Under the pieces are notes generated by a model. It did no database searches. It was not told where the DNA came from and was given only the letters and a program-made list of their open reading frames with translations. This document shows positions 42,128-59,594 of a stretch of 64,000 nt of DNA, one piece after another. Origin of the DNA: the human T2T-CHM13v2.0 reference genome, Homo sapiens. The first letter of the stretch is position 1. Every line of letters begins with the position of its first letter. The DNA is taken from NCBI RefSeq assembly GCF_009914755.1, contig NC_060925.1; one strand, written 5' to 3'. The position numbers and the translations under genes were made by a program.

Positions 42128-42638
42128 GAAAGAGAGAGAGGAGATTTGTTATAAGAAATTAGGTACATAATTTATAGAGGCTGAGACATCCCAAAATCTA
42201 CAATTGGCAAGCTGGAGACCAAGGAGAGGCAAAGTATAGTTCCAGTCTGAGTCTGAAAGCTTGAGAACCAGGAGAGCTAATGGTGTCAGTTCCTGTCTGA
42301 AAGCCAGCAGGCTTGAGACTCAAGGAGAACAGATTTTCCAACTGGGGCTTCAAGGTGGGAAAACAACATTTCCCAGTGTAAGCAGTAAGGCACAAAGAGT
42401 TCCCTTTTATTCAAGGAAGGATCTGCCTGTTTGTTCTATTCAGGCCTTTACTGATGGGATGAGGCCCACCTGCATCAAAGAAGAGCAATCCACCTTATTC
42501 AGTTTATTGATTTAACTGTTAACCTCATCCAAAAACACACCCAGAATAATGTTTAACAAACATACTCAGAATAATGTTTGACCAAATATCTGGACCCCCA
42601 TGGCCCAGTCAAGTTGATACATAAAATTAACCATCACA
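42039..42638 (-). mobile_element. MLT2 (ERVL) solo LTR with internal (TG)n at 42085-42124
   Basis: tgtattagtcagggttctccagaga / aaaattaaccatcaca termini, near-TSD atccc/atctc. Confidence 0.85.
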
Positions 42639-43327
42639 ATCTCTAAAACTATTAATAATTCATTAACATTATCACATATTTTGTCAGTGTTCATAAATTC
42701 TTAATTGTCTAAAAACAATGTTTTATTGTCTTTAAATTTTTAGTGGTTTATTTGTTTGAATCCAGATTCAAATAAGGTTCATGCACTGGCATTGTTTAAT
42801 GTGTCTCTTAGGTCTGTGATTTGTAGATTACACTGCCATCCCTTTGTATGCTTTGTTCCTTGCAGTGTTGTTGTTGAAGAAACCAGATTGTTTTGTAGAA
42901 TTTCCCATGATGTATGTTTTCAAAATTGCATCCCTGTTAAGTTGTTTAACAAGTTTCTTTGTTTGCTGATGCCTGATTAGATTCTGGTTAGATTTGTTTA
43001 GTTTAGTTTTTTAGCAAGAATGTTTCATAGGTGTTATTGGGTGCATCATATGTAATGTGTGATTGTCTCTCTTTCTGTGATGTTATCAGCCATTGTTAAT
43101 TATTGCACAGATCCAATAATTCATCAGAATTGCAAAATGATCATATTCTATTATTCCTTCATTGTTTATTACTTTAAATAATTCTGTAAAGAGAATCTTC
43201 TCTCATTAACTATTTGGTTATCCTTAGGCATAGTTTGTACAGAAAAGACAGAATAAATGCTTCTTTTTCTATTATTAATAGTTTTCAAGATAATAAATTT
43301 GTTTTCTGGAATTCTTCAAATCATGGA

Positions 43328-43796
<469 letters not shown>

Positions 43797-43967
43797 AATC
43801 ATGGATTTAAACATATTTTATATGTTTGAGTCACTTATAGTTACTACTTTGATGCTCAAATTGTCCCGACTTTGGCAAATGGAGCTGATTTATGTTGGTA
43901 CCTTAGTCCTTTTGTGTTGTTTTTTGTTTATCAATGAATATTTTCTTTAAAAATTTAGTGTATATAT

Positions 43968-44633
<666 letters not shown>

Positions 44634-47334
44634 ATGGTTTTTAGTATATTCAAAAAGTTGTGCAACTATCACCACCATCTAATTTCAGGATAACTGCCTT
44701 ACCCGAAGAAGAAACCACATACCCATTAGCAGTCGCTACCCATTCCCCCTCCCACTCCCAGCTCCTGACAACTACCAATCTACTTTCTGTCTCTACAGAT
44801 TTTCCTGTTCTGGGCGTTTCATGCAAATGAAATCATATAATATGTGGCCTTTTGTGACTGGCTTCTTTCACTTAGCAGGGTGTTTTCAAGGTTCATCCAT
44901 ATTTTAACATGTAGCAGTACTTCCTTTCTATGGATAAATAATATTCCCTTGTATGGATATACCACATTTTATCTTTTATCAGTCAATAGACATTTGGGTT
45001 GTTTCCACCTTGGGCAGGTTACAAATAATGCTGCTAGTGAACATTCATGTGCAAGTTTTTGTGTGGACATACGTTGTTAATTTTGGGGGTATATACTTAG
45101 GAATGAAATTGCTGGGTTATACGATAACTCTGTTCACGTTTTTGAGGAACTGCCAAACTTTTTCAAAATTGGCTGTACCATTTTATCCTGAGTCCTTTCT
45201 ATAAAGTCTTAGCATTCTTTGATAGCTCTATTGCTTTCTGGCATGGCAAGACATTTTTGATGTAAGTGGCATACTGTATATTTTTTGTAATTCTTTTTTT
45301 CATTTAACATATCCTGCAGACTACTTCATGGGAGAATTCAGAGATGTTTCTCTTTCCTTTTTGCAGTTTTTTTAATACTCCAGTGTATGGAAGTACCATA
45401 CTTTATTCATCCAGTCACCTTTGACAGGCATTCTGATTGTATCCAGTCTTGCTATTACAAATAGTGCTATAATAAATTGCCTCTTTCTATACATAGATAA
45501 ATAGATCTATGTATAAAGATATATATGTATGTATGGTTTTTTTTTTTTGTGTGTGTGTGTATCTTTTCATATTTCACTAGTATAATCTTTGTGTTAGGCG
45601 CCTAGAAGTGAGATTCCTGGGTTAAGGGTATATGCATAAACAATTCTGCTACATATTGCCAAATTATCCTCTGTAGGGATTGAACCAATTTGCATTATGA
45701 CTGGGAATGCATGAGAGTGTCTGTTTTCCCAGTCTTGCCAACAGAGTATTCTTAAATTTTGGATTTTTGCCAATTTGATAAGTCTAAAATAGTATCTCAG
45801 TTTAGCTTTGATTTGAATGCCTTTTAAGTGAGGTTGGACATCTTTTCATAATGTTAAGGGCCATTTGCATTTCTTTTTCTAATAATTATTGATATCTCTA
45901 GCTGATTCTTCTGTGATTGCTGACCTTTTTAATTATCCTTTTTCAGAAACTTTATATACCATGGAAATTAACCTTTGTCTGACATTTAAGTTGCAAATAT
46001 TTTTTCCCATTTTGTAACTGATCTTTTTACTTGACTTATGGTATTTCTTGATGTAGGTCATCATTTTAAATTCAATTTAGTAGATTTATTTGCTATTAAC
46101 CTTGATATTTTTAAATAACAAATAGATACTGCCACTTCTTGATTTTTTAGTTTTAGGAATTTTCTACTCACCTTCCCTTTGGTAGATGAGCAGATAGTAC
46201 CCTTCCAGCAAAGACTCACCACTCACATTGCACATTTTCAGAACCCCACCCTCCCAATATAGTAATGGGAACAGTGACTTGTGCGTCCTCATCTGAAACT
46301 GATGTCATAAGAACCAAAAGTTGGATCTTAAGGGAATAATAAAGAGTTTGTGAAGCTCCCTCTCAAAAATATAGTTAAAAATAAAAAACAAGGCACAATT
46401 ATCCTCAGATAATTTAATCAAATCTTTTAAAAAAGGATTTGCTTCCCTGGATTTGAATGTTGGTTTCTACATTATCAAGCAGTAGATGTAAGAGGCAGAG
46501 AAATCTAAATCCAAATTGTTAGGTGTCACTTCCATTGAAGAAGAAAGAAGTTCTGTTTTCATATGTTCAACTTGAACACCACGTTTTCAGGAACAGATCT
46601 ATCATGAAAAATAAAATGTGTTTCTCAGAATACATATTTATCAATGTATCTTTATTTAACAATCTCCCATTTTTGCGAAAGGATGAATTCAAAATTCTTC
46701 TGGCATTATTACTTGCCAAAGAAGAGTGGGGACATGTGTCCCTCTTCTGCCATACTGTGACCTGGACAGAAGAAAGTGAATAATGACATTTTTCTCCCTG
46801 AAGCCTTCGGGAGCTTGGCCTGCAGAAGCCTCTTCTTGGTTAGGACTCAGAACCCTCTCAGAACATTGTGACCTGCCAGAGCTGGCATTGCACAGAGACC
46901 TTTCTGGGCAACCCTTGATTCACCGTCCCATAAATGTCCAGATGGAGGAAGTGGTCTGGGGAAGATGGACCATTACGAAGATTAATGCACATTTTATAGC
47001 TAGGAGCAGCCCTTGATGTTGCCATTGCCTTCTGTTAGGTTGGTTTAACACTGAGTTTGATGGCCAGTAAACAGGTAAAAGGAATTGTATGAAGGACAGG
47101 AGGGTTAACCTGGCCAGTTTTGACTTCAGGGACTCCCAGAAAGTCTCCATTTGGCTCTTCTAATCATAAAATAACCTGTACAGTCACAAAATGTTGCAGT
47201 TGAAAGAGACTCATCTTTTGGTTCTGGCCAAGAGGCTGAGGACTATGGAAAGGACCTCAAAGATCATCAAGTCCCATTCTCTCATTTTCCAGAAGAAAGT
47301 CCAAACTGAAAGCCAAAGAGACAGGTGGAGTTCT

Positions 47335-47696
<362 letters not shown>

Positions 47697-50600
47697 TAAG
47701 TCTCTTTTTTCCCCTTCTGTGCACCGCTCCCTGAGGGCAGCAGTTCCTCATCCTGGTTGCACATTCAAATCTCCAGGACAAATTGTAAAATGCCTAAGCC
47801 TCACCCACAGTGATTCTGATTCGCTGCCTTAGGGCAAAACATTCAGCCCTGGAGCCAATAAAGCCAACTAAACTTCTACGATGGGCTGTGTAATAATTTG
47901 TATAGTATATGATTTGTGCTTTTATAGGGGCTTTTAGAGAGTAGATCAGAGAAATGACTCGAATAGTGGTAAGAATTTCAGTCGCCCCATCGGATCAGGG
48001 GCATATGTGTGTACAGTGGTTTTGGGAGGTTCTCAGGCCTGTGAGGGGATCTAGTGCCTAGGCATCCTGGCAGCCAGAAACACAGAGGAACTCTATAAAG
48101 GGCTTTCCCTCTCTAGTGCCTAGGCATCCTGGAATCTAGAGAGGGGTAGCTCTTTATAGAATAGGAACACTCTCCCTGGAAGCCCCTCGGCAGACCTCAG
48201 CTCCAAGGGGGAAGAGGCAGAGTTAGTACGAGATAGTTTCATTGGCAATGGGGCTGGAGTCTCCAGGGGTACGTACTTAGCTCTCTGACATGACTTCTTA
48301 GAAGAGGAGGCAATCTTACTATGCTCAAATAACACCACCCTTGACTCCTTTGGGAGAACAGTTGAAACTTTCAACTAGTTATTATCAGTTCATGAAAAAG
48401 TTTTAGTTTTTCTTTTAAGCTCGTTGTAGCTATCAGACCTCCAATAAGTTTCCTTAATGACCTGAGGGCAGTGATTCACAGACGATAGATGCATAGCATA
48501 GCTTTCAGTTTCTGGGAAAGCTGGCCCCAGCCAACTTGTGAGCTTGACTGTTTGAGGCTGGGAGCCCTGTGGAGGGAGGGGTCCAGGGTGCAGGAGCAGG
48601 GAGGTGCACAGCTGCTGAGCCCAAGAGGTGGGAGGCTGGGGACGGCTGCTGAGTCCAGCTTCCTCCTATTCTTGTATTCAGTGCCAGAGCTTCCTTGATC
48701 CTCTAGAGAAGTAGAGTCTTAAGCAAGACTCATCATTAAGTTGGCTCAAGTACACGCCTGGTTCCTCTCCTTCAGCTACAACAAGAGGAGGGAGGTTTGG
48801 CTTCAGTGTCTTCCTAAACCTGCTTTCAGAGACCTGTGCTTCTTTTTTCCTTCTACTTCCTGCCCCACAACCTGCCCCGCCCCCCAATCCTGCCATGTTC
48901 CCAATATTCTCATGTGCATTCCCCCATAGCAAGTGTTACTGCTCAGGTTGGGTTGGTGGATGGGTAAGTGGCAGCCTGTGTTACAGACATCCTTCTTCAT
49001 TTATCTTCCCATCAACACTTACCAATTCTGTGCCCACTGATGGTGGCAGAGGGCAGGGGAGTTCATTAATCCATGTAGCCAATGTGCACAGGTAGGCAGC
49101 ATGAAGGCTGAGTTGTCTATTAGGCACCTCTGTATCCCCAGCTCTCACCATAATTCCTGGCACATAATGGGTACTCAATAGCCCTTTATTGGAAGGAGGG
49201 ATGGATGGCAGATATGGGGGAAAGAAACACTGGACCTGAAATGGGGAAACCTGAGTTCTCCTCTCGGTACTGCCAATGACTCAGTATACCCTTGATAAAG
49301 TCACTTCATCACTCTGGCCTCAGTTTTCTCTTATATAAAACAAGGTAGTTAGATTGGTTGATCACTAAGGTCCTTGCAGTACCTCTTTTAGGGTCCTATG
49401 ATGGTACAATTCCACAATATCTTGACCCATGCTGAGCTGTTAGGGCTACGTGCTGAGGAATATATGCTGAGCTGTTATTCTTCTCAGGTGATACCGATGT
49501 TTAAAACAGGCCTTCTGAAAAATAGCACCCAACCCAAGGAGGGACTCTAATTCTGAAAATTCAGAGCTAAAGGGGGAAGTCGTGGGCCAGATTTGTGGGC
49601 ACAGATTCCGAGTCAGAGTCCCACTCAACAACCAGGATTGGCAACTGCCCGGACAGAGGATGTCTGAATGTCATACAGCAGGCCAGGCTTCAGGAGTGGT
49701 GGGATCGTAGGTGAGCAATCTCATTCAGAGAAATAATGTCCCTCTTTGAGATGCCTCCCATACTGGTCCATGCCATGTTCCCTTCCTATGATCTGGCTTA
49801 AATTCAAGTCTGGTCTTTAACATACTTCTACCTTCAGAATCTGGTGTCCTGATCCCCTCAATGAAAAAAAAAAAAAGTCATTGTATAGCCAAAAATATAT
49901 TTTTAAAGGACCAGTCTAAAGTGGAATTGCTGGTACATTTCTATAGTGAACTTTTGATGAAATAAAGATATTCCTGACAAAATATTGCATAGGAGGGCAG
50001 ATTTAAGTGAACCAGTACGTTGGAAAGAAGCACAGACTAGATTTTGTTTGCTTTTTAGTATCTACCTGGTGCCAGCTCTATCAAGACATGATTCCAGATT
50101 CTTGCTATAAGCCTGGAAAATAAACCCTGTATTATTTTCCTTCCCCCCCACCCCACAATGGTGAGTAAATTGAAATGATTCAGAGAGGTTGAGTGACTTA
50201 CCCAAGGCTCTTACAGTCAGTAAGTGGGGGATTACAATTCCAAGTCTTTTCCAGATAAGACTCCAAAATTCAGTGTTTCTTGCTGCTCCTGGGTACTTAG
50301 AGAAGGTGACATACAGCTGCAGCATCTCCATTATCTCCTTAATAGAACCAATAATACTAACAACAAGTAACATTTACATAATCCTTTAGAATTGAAAAAT
50401 TACTTTGATCTTACATTATCTCATTTAATTCTCACCGTAGTCCTTCCTAGTGGATATTTCAGTCCTAATTTTAAGACAGGCATTGAGGTTCAGAGGAGCT
50501 AATTACTACACCAAGATCACACAGCATATAAAGACTGATATAAGGGATGAGAACAAAAATCCTTTGGGGTTCTCCTAGGGAGTATAAAGGGATTCTGAGT

Positions 50601-50747
50601 ATAAAAATCTTGAGAATCACCATTCCAAGCCAAGTGTTCTTCTCAGCTTTGCATTTCTGCCTGCTTTTATCAGTCACACAGACTTCACATCCAGGAATCA
50701 TAGACTCACAGAGCTTGAAACATGGAAAGGCTCTCAAAAATGATCTA

Positions 50748-51059
50748 GGCTGGCTGGGGGCAGTGGCTTATGCCTGTAATCCCAGCACTTTGGGAAGCTA
50801 AGGTGGGAGGATCACTTTAACTCAGGAGTTTAAGACCAGCCTGGACAACATAGTGAAACCCATTTCTACCAAAAAAAAATTAGCCAGAGATAGTGGTGCA
50901 CACCTATAGTCCAGCTACTTGGGAGGCTGAGGCTAGAGGATCACTTGAGCCCTGGGAATCACTTGAGCCTGGGAGATTGAGGCTGCAGTTAGCCTTGGCT
51001 GTGCCACTGCACTCCAGCCTAGGTGACAGAGCAAGCCCCTTGTCTCAAAAAAAAAAAAA
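50748..51059 (+). mobile_element. AluJ with a short internal duplication
   Basis: atcacttgagcc repeated at ~50940 and ~50958. TSD-like tgatctag/taatctag. Confidence 0.9.
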
Positions 51060-51777
51060 GTAATCTAGCCCATCAGTTTTCAAAGTGGAACCCAAGAGTT
51101 CCCCAAAGGTGCTGCAGGGGCTCCCTTGGGGGCAAAGTCTAGGCCAAGTGGGTGAGGTTCCTAGAAAAATTACTATTCATAAAACTAACACTAGGGTCTC
51201 TCTTAGAAAAGAATTGCCTTTGCTTAGGAAAAGATCTAATAAGCTCCAGGGAGATAGAGGTAAGGCCCTGGTGGTATGATCTGGAAGGCAGCAAGGAAGA
51301 GATGGTTAAACCAGTAACATGAAGAATTAACAGGATTTGGAAAGTGAGGAGGAGTTAGAGAGAGGAGGAGGGAGAGAGGGCCGGCACTGTGGCTGAACGC
51401 CAGTGCGGAGTCAGCAGGAATGGTACCTGTGCTTTTTAAGAACTGGGAAGTTTAATTTTAGCTGTGTGCTCTAATGGCCCTGTGATGTACACATGCCATC
51501 CCTGGCTCCCCTCCACACATAGATGCCTCATGTAGACACGTTTGAGAAGACGGGAGGGGATTGAGAAAAAGTCGTGGCCTATATTTCTGCCAAATGTTGA
51601 GGCAGAGAGGAAGAAAAAATTGCAAAATGCAGAATGTGGCAGAGCTACACATTGGAGCCAAGGTGACAGGGAGTAAGCAAGGGCATATGGATTCACAGAA
51701 TGTATGGGGTGGGGGTTCCGGAGGGTCTTCTCCAGATCCTGAGGAGCAGGCGACCCATTGATATCAAGACTAGCACA

Positions 51778-52089
51778 GGCCTGGTGCAGTGGCTCATGGC
51801 TGTAATCCCAGCACTTTGGGAGGCCTAGGTGGGCGGATCACATGAGTGAGTTCAGGAGTTCAAGACCAGCCTGGACAACATGGCGAAAATCTGTCTCTTC
51901 TAAAAATACAAAAATTATCCAGGCATGGTGGCGCACACCTTTAGTCCCAGCTACTCGGGGGGCTGAGGCAGGAGAATCGCTTGAACCCAGGAGGCGGAGG
52001 TTGCAGTGAGCCAAGATCACACGACTGTACTCCAGCCTGGGGGACAGAGTGAGACTCTGTCTCAAAAAAATAAAAAATAAAAAAAAAAA
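51778..52089 (+). mobile_element. AluS
   Basis: Full dimer with A-tail. Confidence 0.93.
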
Positions 52090-52974
52090 GCAATAATGAA
52101 AGCTCATATGCATACTGAAATTTTATAAGCTTCTCTCTAGATATTCCAGTTGCAATATTCTGGATAAATTTACTAAAGCTGCCCTTTTCTATTTTTTTTT
52201 TTTTATTCCTCTGCTTTGCTGGGCCCTAAATATGGACCTAGTCTTCCTATGGGGTAGTCAGGACTAGCTAGGGAGGCAGAGTGGGTGAAATAAGTCAGGG
52301 GATCTTTTGGGAGGGGTTGGTGGTGGTGAGCTTTTAGCCACATTTTCACATGGGGTGTTGAACATGGAATGAAAGTAAGAAGGGGGAAGACACTGACAGG
52401 AGATGAGGCTGACAGGGGCAGAGGGCCTGCCGCTTCTGGGTAAAGTTGAACTCAGCCCAGACTGTTCTAGAATCCAGACAAGTGAGCTGCACACACACAC
52501 AAAAAAATGTGAATATCCCTCCAGAGCCAGGGCAGGTTGCTTCCGCTCCTGTGTTCCTCCGCAGTCAGCATCGGGTGTGCAGGGCTCTGAGTCCTCAGAG
52601 AATGCATCCCTTGACTTAGAGGAAAGGGCCAGAAAATGCCACTGGCCGACACAAAGCCAAAGGATCCCCTGGAAATGGCTGCACATGGCAGTCTTTAGAT
52701 ACTGACTTGAGGAGATGCTATGACTGAGTGAAGCCAAGGAGACTGAATTGGAGCTTCAAACACACATCGCTCTCTGAAAGGCCCTCAGAATGTCTATGAT
52801 TAAAAAACAACAAAAATCTGTCTATATTTTTCTATTTTATTTTTTGAAATTAGCATTTCCTAAAACATTTAATCATGGGGTCCTTTTATATATAAGGCAG
52901 AAGTTGCATACTGAATCTGGCCTGGATATGTTTTGTTTTCTTTAATGAAGTTTTTTTTGGCTTGTTTTCTGTTT

Positions 52975-53263
52975 TTTGTTTTTTGAGACGGTGTCTCACT
53001 CTGTCACCCAGGCTGGAGTACAGTGTGTGATCTTGGCTCACTGCAACCTCTGCTTCCCAGGTACAAGTGATTCTCTTGCCTCAGCCTCCCGAGTAGCTGG
53101 GACTATTGGCACGAACCATCATGCCTGGCTAATTTTTGTATTTTTAGTAGAGACGGGGTTTTGCCACGTTGACCAGGCTGGTCTCAAACTGCTGACTTCA
53201 GGCGATCCACCCACTTCAACCTCCCAAAGTGCTGGGATTACAGGTGTGAGCCACCGTGCCCAG
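52975..53263 (-). mobile_element. AluS
   Basis: Antisense dimer. Confidence 0.93.
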
Positions 53264-53539
53264 CATCATGAAGCATTTTTAAAATTAGTTTGAGTTGACT
53301 GCCAACACTTAAAAATCAAGTGATTTCACCTAAAAATCCAGTTTACCAACTTCTCTTGAAAAAAAATCAGACCTGGTAACTTCAGGGCCTCGTTCTCACC
53401 TGGCCACAGTCTGCTGGAGTTGAGCAGTAGTCATCTTGCCAAGGGGTGTGCCCACCCCAGCTTACCAGAGTCCCCAGAACTCACCACTGCCCGCTCACCC
53501 CACTGAGCATTCATTGCCATTATCTTCATGTCTGTATTA

Positions 53540-53933
<394 letters not shown>

Positions 53934-54523
53934 TTATTCAGCTTGTTTCCTTTATGCTACGTACCTGGACCCCGTTGCATTTACATTTATGAGCCCTGTT
54001 ATAACACCTGTCAACATCACATAGAACCAGAAAAAGGGAAGAGTTGCCAAACTGTCTCCTCTGCCCCCACCCTCACCCCTATACATCTGTATACAAATAC
54101 AAGAACTAGTACTGAAGAAAGCCCTGGGCCATGGTGCTGTCCAGGGTACAGTCACCTACCTTCCCGCAGAGTATCAAGGATACCTCAGGAAAACACAATG
54201 AGAAACATAGCTGATATGAAGAAAGTTGTAACCTTTCGAGATGGTGTTATGTGGCTATTAGAAAAGGCATATCAAGGAAAAGAGTCCACTCAAGGGAAAC
54301 CCCGTTCTTGGAAACAGGTGTTCTGTTGTAAAGTCCAAGGGTAGCTCTCCCTCAGCTTCTTCCACAGCCCTCCCCACCCTTTGAGCTAATTTCATGCTCA
54401 CCAAGCAACCTCCTAGTTATAAATTCCATACCAGGAAATGTGTGTCTTGGAAAGCAAATGTGAATATTCTGGTTGCCGGACAGCTGTGCTTGTTCATGAC
54501 TCATTTGTAAATTGGCCTCTTAG

Positions 54524-54835
<312 letters not shown>

Positions 54836-55780
54836 GCATGCATGTTTCTTACGAGGTTAGGTTATCACAGGTCTATAACCCCCAGGACCATTAATAAAAC
54901 TGGGCTCCTGGTATTATAAAACTGAGGAGCTAATCAGGCAAAACTCAAACACTGGCATCCTTACCAAGGGATAGATTCATCTGCCAGCCAGCCACCTTTT
55001 TGCTGCTAGAGGGAGATGGGCCTGTCTGGAGTTTTGGGTGCTGCGTCTTCCAGCCCCCGCTGCGGAGGTCTGCAATAGGAGACTGGTGGGTCCTGGTGCA
55101 GTTTGCTACTGAGCTCTTACTGTCCCTGGGCTCTGACCCTGATTAGTGCCTTCCTCTGTGCCTGACCCAGAGGAGTACTATGTAAATGTTTGTGGAAACA
55201 ATCTCCAATGGAAACATTTTAGCAGGGACCAGGTGACCACCCATCAGATATGCCTACAGGGATCCTTGCTCTGTTTGGGAGGCTGCACTTCTTGATTTCA
55301 GAAGTCTCTTCCCTCTCTGATGCTACATCTCAGCTTCCTGGGCTGGCTGGTAGCAGAGGGCAGAGCAAGGAGATGTGAGAACAGTGCTGGCGTTCGGCCA
55401 GTCAGCAGTCTCGGGTGGGTCTCTGAAATGAGAAAACAGTACTATTGCCCAGTACGCATCTAGCAGCTTCCTAGTAACCAGAGGTGCTCTCTTCAGATCC
55501 CTGGATGCCCAGGAAAGGGAGATGAGGTAGGGGAGGAGAGAAGGAACACTTTTATCAGCTCAGTATTCCTTTGAGGCAGCAGGTGCTAGCTTAGGGCAGG
55601 GCATATAGGGAATGTGGGCGTGCTGGGTAGGGGTTGGGGATTTTGCCCACTCAAGCAAGACAAGCAGGAGGGGCCAGACAGCTGCAGGGGGTGGGGGTGG
55701 ATGTGCATGTAGTTAGCCCTGCTGCTAATGGTAAAAATGTTACACATCCTTTAATTAGGTTGAGTAAAGGGTTACACTAG

Positions 55781-56367
<587 letters not shown>

Positions 56368-57480
56368 GCATATTCACTTCATTTTTATGCAAATCTCAAG
56401 CATCATGAAATAGGAAGCTTTAAAAAATCAGGATGTTGTCTCACATAACCATTATAACATTATCACATCTGACAAAATGAACAATAATTACTAAACGTCC
56501 TCTAACACCCAGTCAATATTCAAATTTCCCCAACTGTCCCAATAATGAGTTTGTATGGTTGGTTGGTTTGCAGCAAAGCTTTTGAAACAGCTTTCCTGGA
56601 GCCTCTGGCTTCCTCCCAAGTGTCTCAAGGGCCAGCAAGGGTGAGGCTAAGGGGGAAGGCCCAGGCCCCTGCCCCTGCTTCGGCCAGAGCAGTTTTTATT
56701 ATTAGGGACAAAAAGTGAGTTTTCTGTTAAAAGAAAAAACAGAAAATCATTTCCATAAGGCACTATTTCTCTTATATTTTTCAAAGAGAATGTCTGGTGC
56801 TATAAATATCTTAAACCTGAGGGATAACTTCCTAGTGGTGGGAGAGTGGGATCCCTTGCTGGTGCAGAGTGGGGATGGAATGAAAGGATTTGGGAGAGAG
56901 TTGGACGGCTATAAAAGGAAGAATTTTATTCCCGCTGGGGATGACTCTGGATTCACAAAACAGACTTTTCCAGTACAAACAGAATATTTTGGATTTGCTT
57001 GGTAGTTTCTCCCTGACTGCTAATACATCTAATGCTTCACCTTTGCCCTTTCTAGCTACCTAGATCCCATTCTATAGAATCCCACCTAGTTCTTGCTCAT
57101 TCATAGGACAGAGTTGTACAATCCGAGTCCAGTGAATTTTGAAACCCTCCCCTGCTCTGTTTATACTTTCCACTTTCCCAGGTATACTCCAGAGAACCTG
57201 ACCTCAGGGAAATGGTCTTCCAAAATTCTAATCATTACAGTTTGATATTAACAAAACAAATAGTAACACAGAGTATCCATAACACAAACCTATCAGTAGT
57301 GAAGCAAGGGTTATTCTTCCAAGATGCAACAAATCAGCAATCTGACCCAGCAAGGGGCTACAGCTATTGTTATACCAGCCTAAAAAAGAAAAGCATGGAT
57401 AACAAGAAAAGTGAGAAATTCTAGGAAATTCTGACCTTTTCAGGGAAACTTAATAATCACAGCTTTCAATAATAGTTAAA

Positions 57481-57764
57481 GGCCAGGCGCGGTGCCTCAC
57501 GCCTGTAATCCCAGCACTTTGGGAAGCCGAGGCAGGCGGATCACCTGAGGTCAGAAATTTTGAGACCAGCTTAGCCAACATGGTGAAACCCTGTCTCTAC
57601 TAAAATACAAAAATTAGCCGGGCGTGGTGGCAGGCACCTGTAATCCTAGCTACTCAGGAGCTGAAGAACGAGAATTGCTTGAACCCGGCTGGCAGAGGTT
57701 GCAGTGAGCCAAGATCTCACCACCGCACTCGAGCCTGGGCAACAGAGTGAGACTTTGTCTCAAA

Positions 57765-57810
<46 letters not shown>
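57481..57810 (+). mobile_element. AluS with (AAT)n microsatellite tail
   Basis: Full dimer, ~15 AAT units at 57764-57810. Confidence 0.95.
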
Positions 57811-58228
57811 GCTAGAGACCTTTCTCCTCCTTCAGGGAATGTGCCCAGATTAACCTGCCAAAATACTCAATATGCTTTTGAGACTCTGGAAGTCATCAAC
57901 TGAAGTTATCATCAACTAATAATGCTTGGCTGTATTGTCTGTCTTGTTCAACTGCAGAATTGTAAGCTCCATAAACATGGTGACAATGCCTATGTTATAT
58001 ACACACACATGTGCCCTGTAGATAATCAATTAACACATGTTTTTCCACTAATATGCAGATCATACACAAGTAAGCTCAGCTTGGGCAGACAAAAAACTTG
58101 GGAACATTTCACATCCTCTCCCATCACCAATATTTGTGTAGCTTTTCAGTAAGGATGGATAAGACTCTAGCTTGCCCTTGAATCTAACTGACATGTATAA
58201 TCATTTACTAAGTGCCTAGTTCTCTTTG

Positions 58229-58645
58229 TGTGTTAGTCCATTTTGTGTTGCTATAAAGGAATACCTGAGGCTGGGTATTTATTTTTAAAAGATGTTTCTT
58301 TGGCTCACGCTTCCACAGGCTGGACAAGCATGGCATCAGCATCCACTCAGCTTCTGGTGAGGCTTCAGGGAGCTTTTAGTCATGGCGGAAGGGAAGAGGA
58401 GCTGGTCTGTCTTGTGGCAAAAGAGGGAGCAAGAGAGAGAGGAGGAGGTGCCAGCCTCCTTGAAACAGCCAACTCTTGCATGAACTAACAGATCAAGAAC
58501 TCACTCATTGCCATGGGGAGGGGACTAAGTCATTCATGAGGGATCCATCCCTATTATCCAACACCTCCTGCTAGGCCCCACCTCCAACATTGAGAATCAC
58601 ATTTCAACACGTGATGTGGAGGGGACACACATCCACACCAAATCA
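58229..58645 (-). mobile_element. MST (MaLR) solo LTR
   Basis: tgtgttagtcc...caaatca termini, exact 5-bp TSD ctttg (58224-58228 / 58646-58650). Confidence 0.88.
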
Positions 58646-59594
58646 CTTTGGCTATAAAAGATGCATAAAATATGGTCCATGTAATGTAGTTGGTGACACC
58701 AACCTGCATGCAAAAAACATGAAGGAAGGCAAGATAGTGTATGCTTTTCCCTCTGTTTATCCAAACATGACCCTGCCTTTCAGGTCCAAATCAAATCTTC
58801 CCCACTCACTAAGCATTTATCATTCATTCCTATACTTGGTCAGATTTTAATGAGGACTTACTGAATCCCAGGTACAATATTCAGGAATCAGAGACAGGGC
58901 AGTGAACAAGATAGCCACAGTTCCTATTCAAGGACTTAACAAACCAATGATCTTGAAAAGTTATGTAACTGTTACATATGTAGGTATGCTGGCAAAAAAA
59001 CTGTAAGCTCCTGAAAGGTCGTGATCATATCTTACATTCTTTTGCGATCTCCGTACCAGCTAACATTTGTCCATAGAACTTATTGAATAAAGTTCGAAGG
59101 GCTGGGTTGGGTGGAATTTTTAGTAAATGTGAAAAGCTATAAATTGATAGCAAAATCTCAACACAGAGAAATCTTAAAACACTAAGAACTCTTGCCCACT
59201 CCTCAAAACTCAAAACTCAAATGTCACCTCCTCCATGATGCCTTCCCTTAACTATTCAGGCAGGGTTCGACCCTTTCTTCTCTGAATCCACACAATTGGG
59301 TGAAGACCATGGATAAAACTTAGCACAGTTATTGTAATTACTAGTTTACTTGCTTCCCCTCAGATAAGTAGTTGGGTGTTTGGAGGAAAGGGGAGAGGGT
59401 CCCCAAGCCCTCCCAGGGAGACAGCTCCTCCCTGTTTCTTGAATGGAGAGACAGTAGAGAATGCACGTGCCCAGCAGGCTTTTTCCTGATAGAATGACAG
59501 ACATACAAACGAACATTCACAAAATTACCACTCCATGTAAACATATGAATGATGGTCCTCCCAACTCTTTTCCTGAGAAGTTAAGGATAAAGTG

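Noticed and set aside
45488-45515. 11-bp perfect inverted repeat tatacatagat/atctatgtata
   Set aside because: AT-rich low-complexity context inside old L1, so likely incidental.
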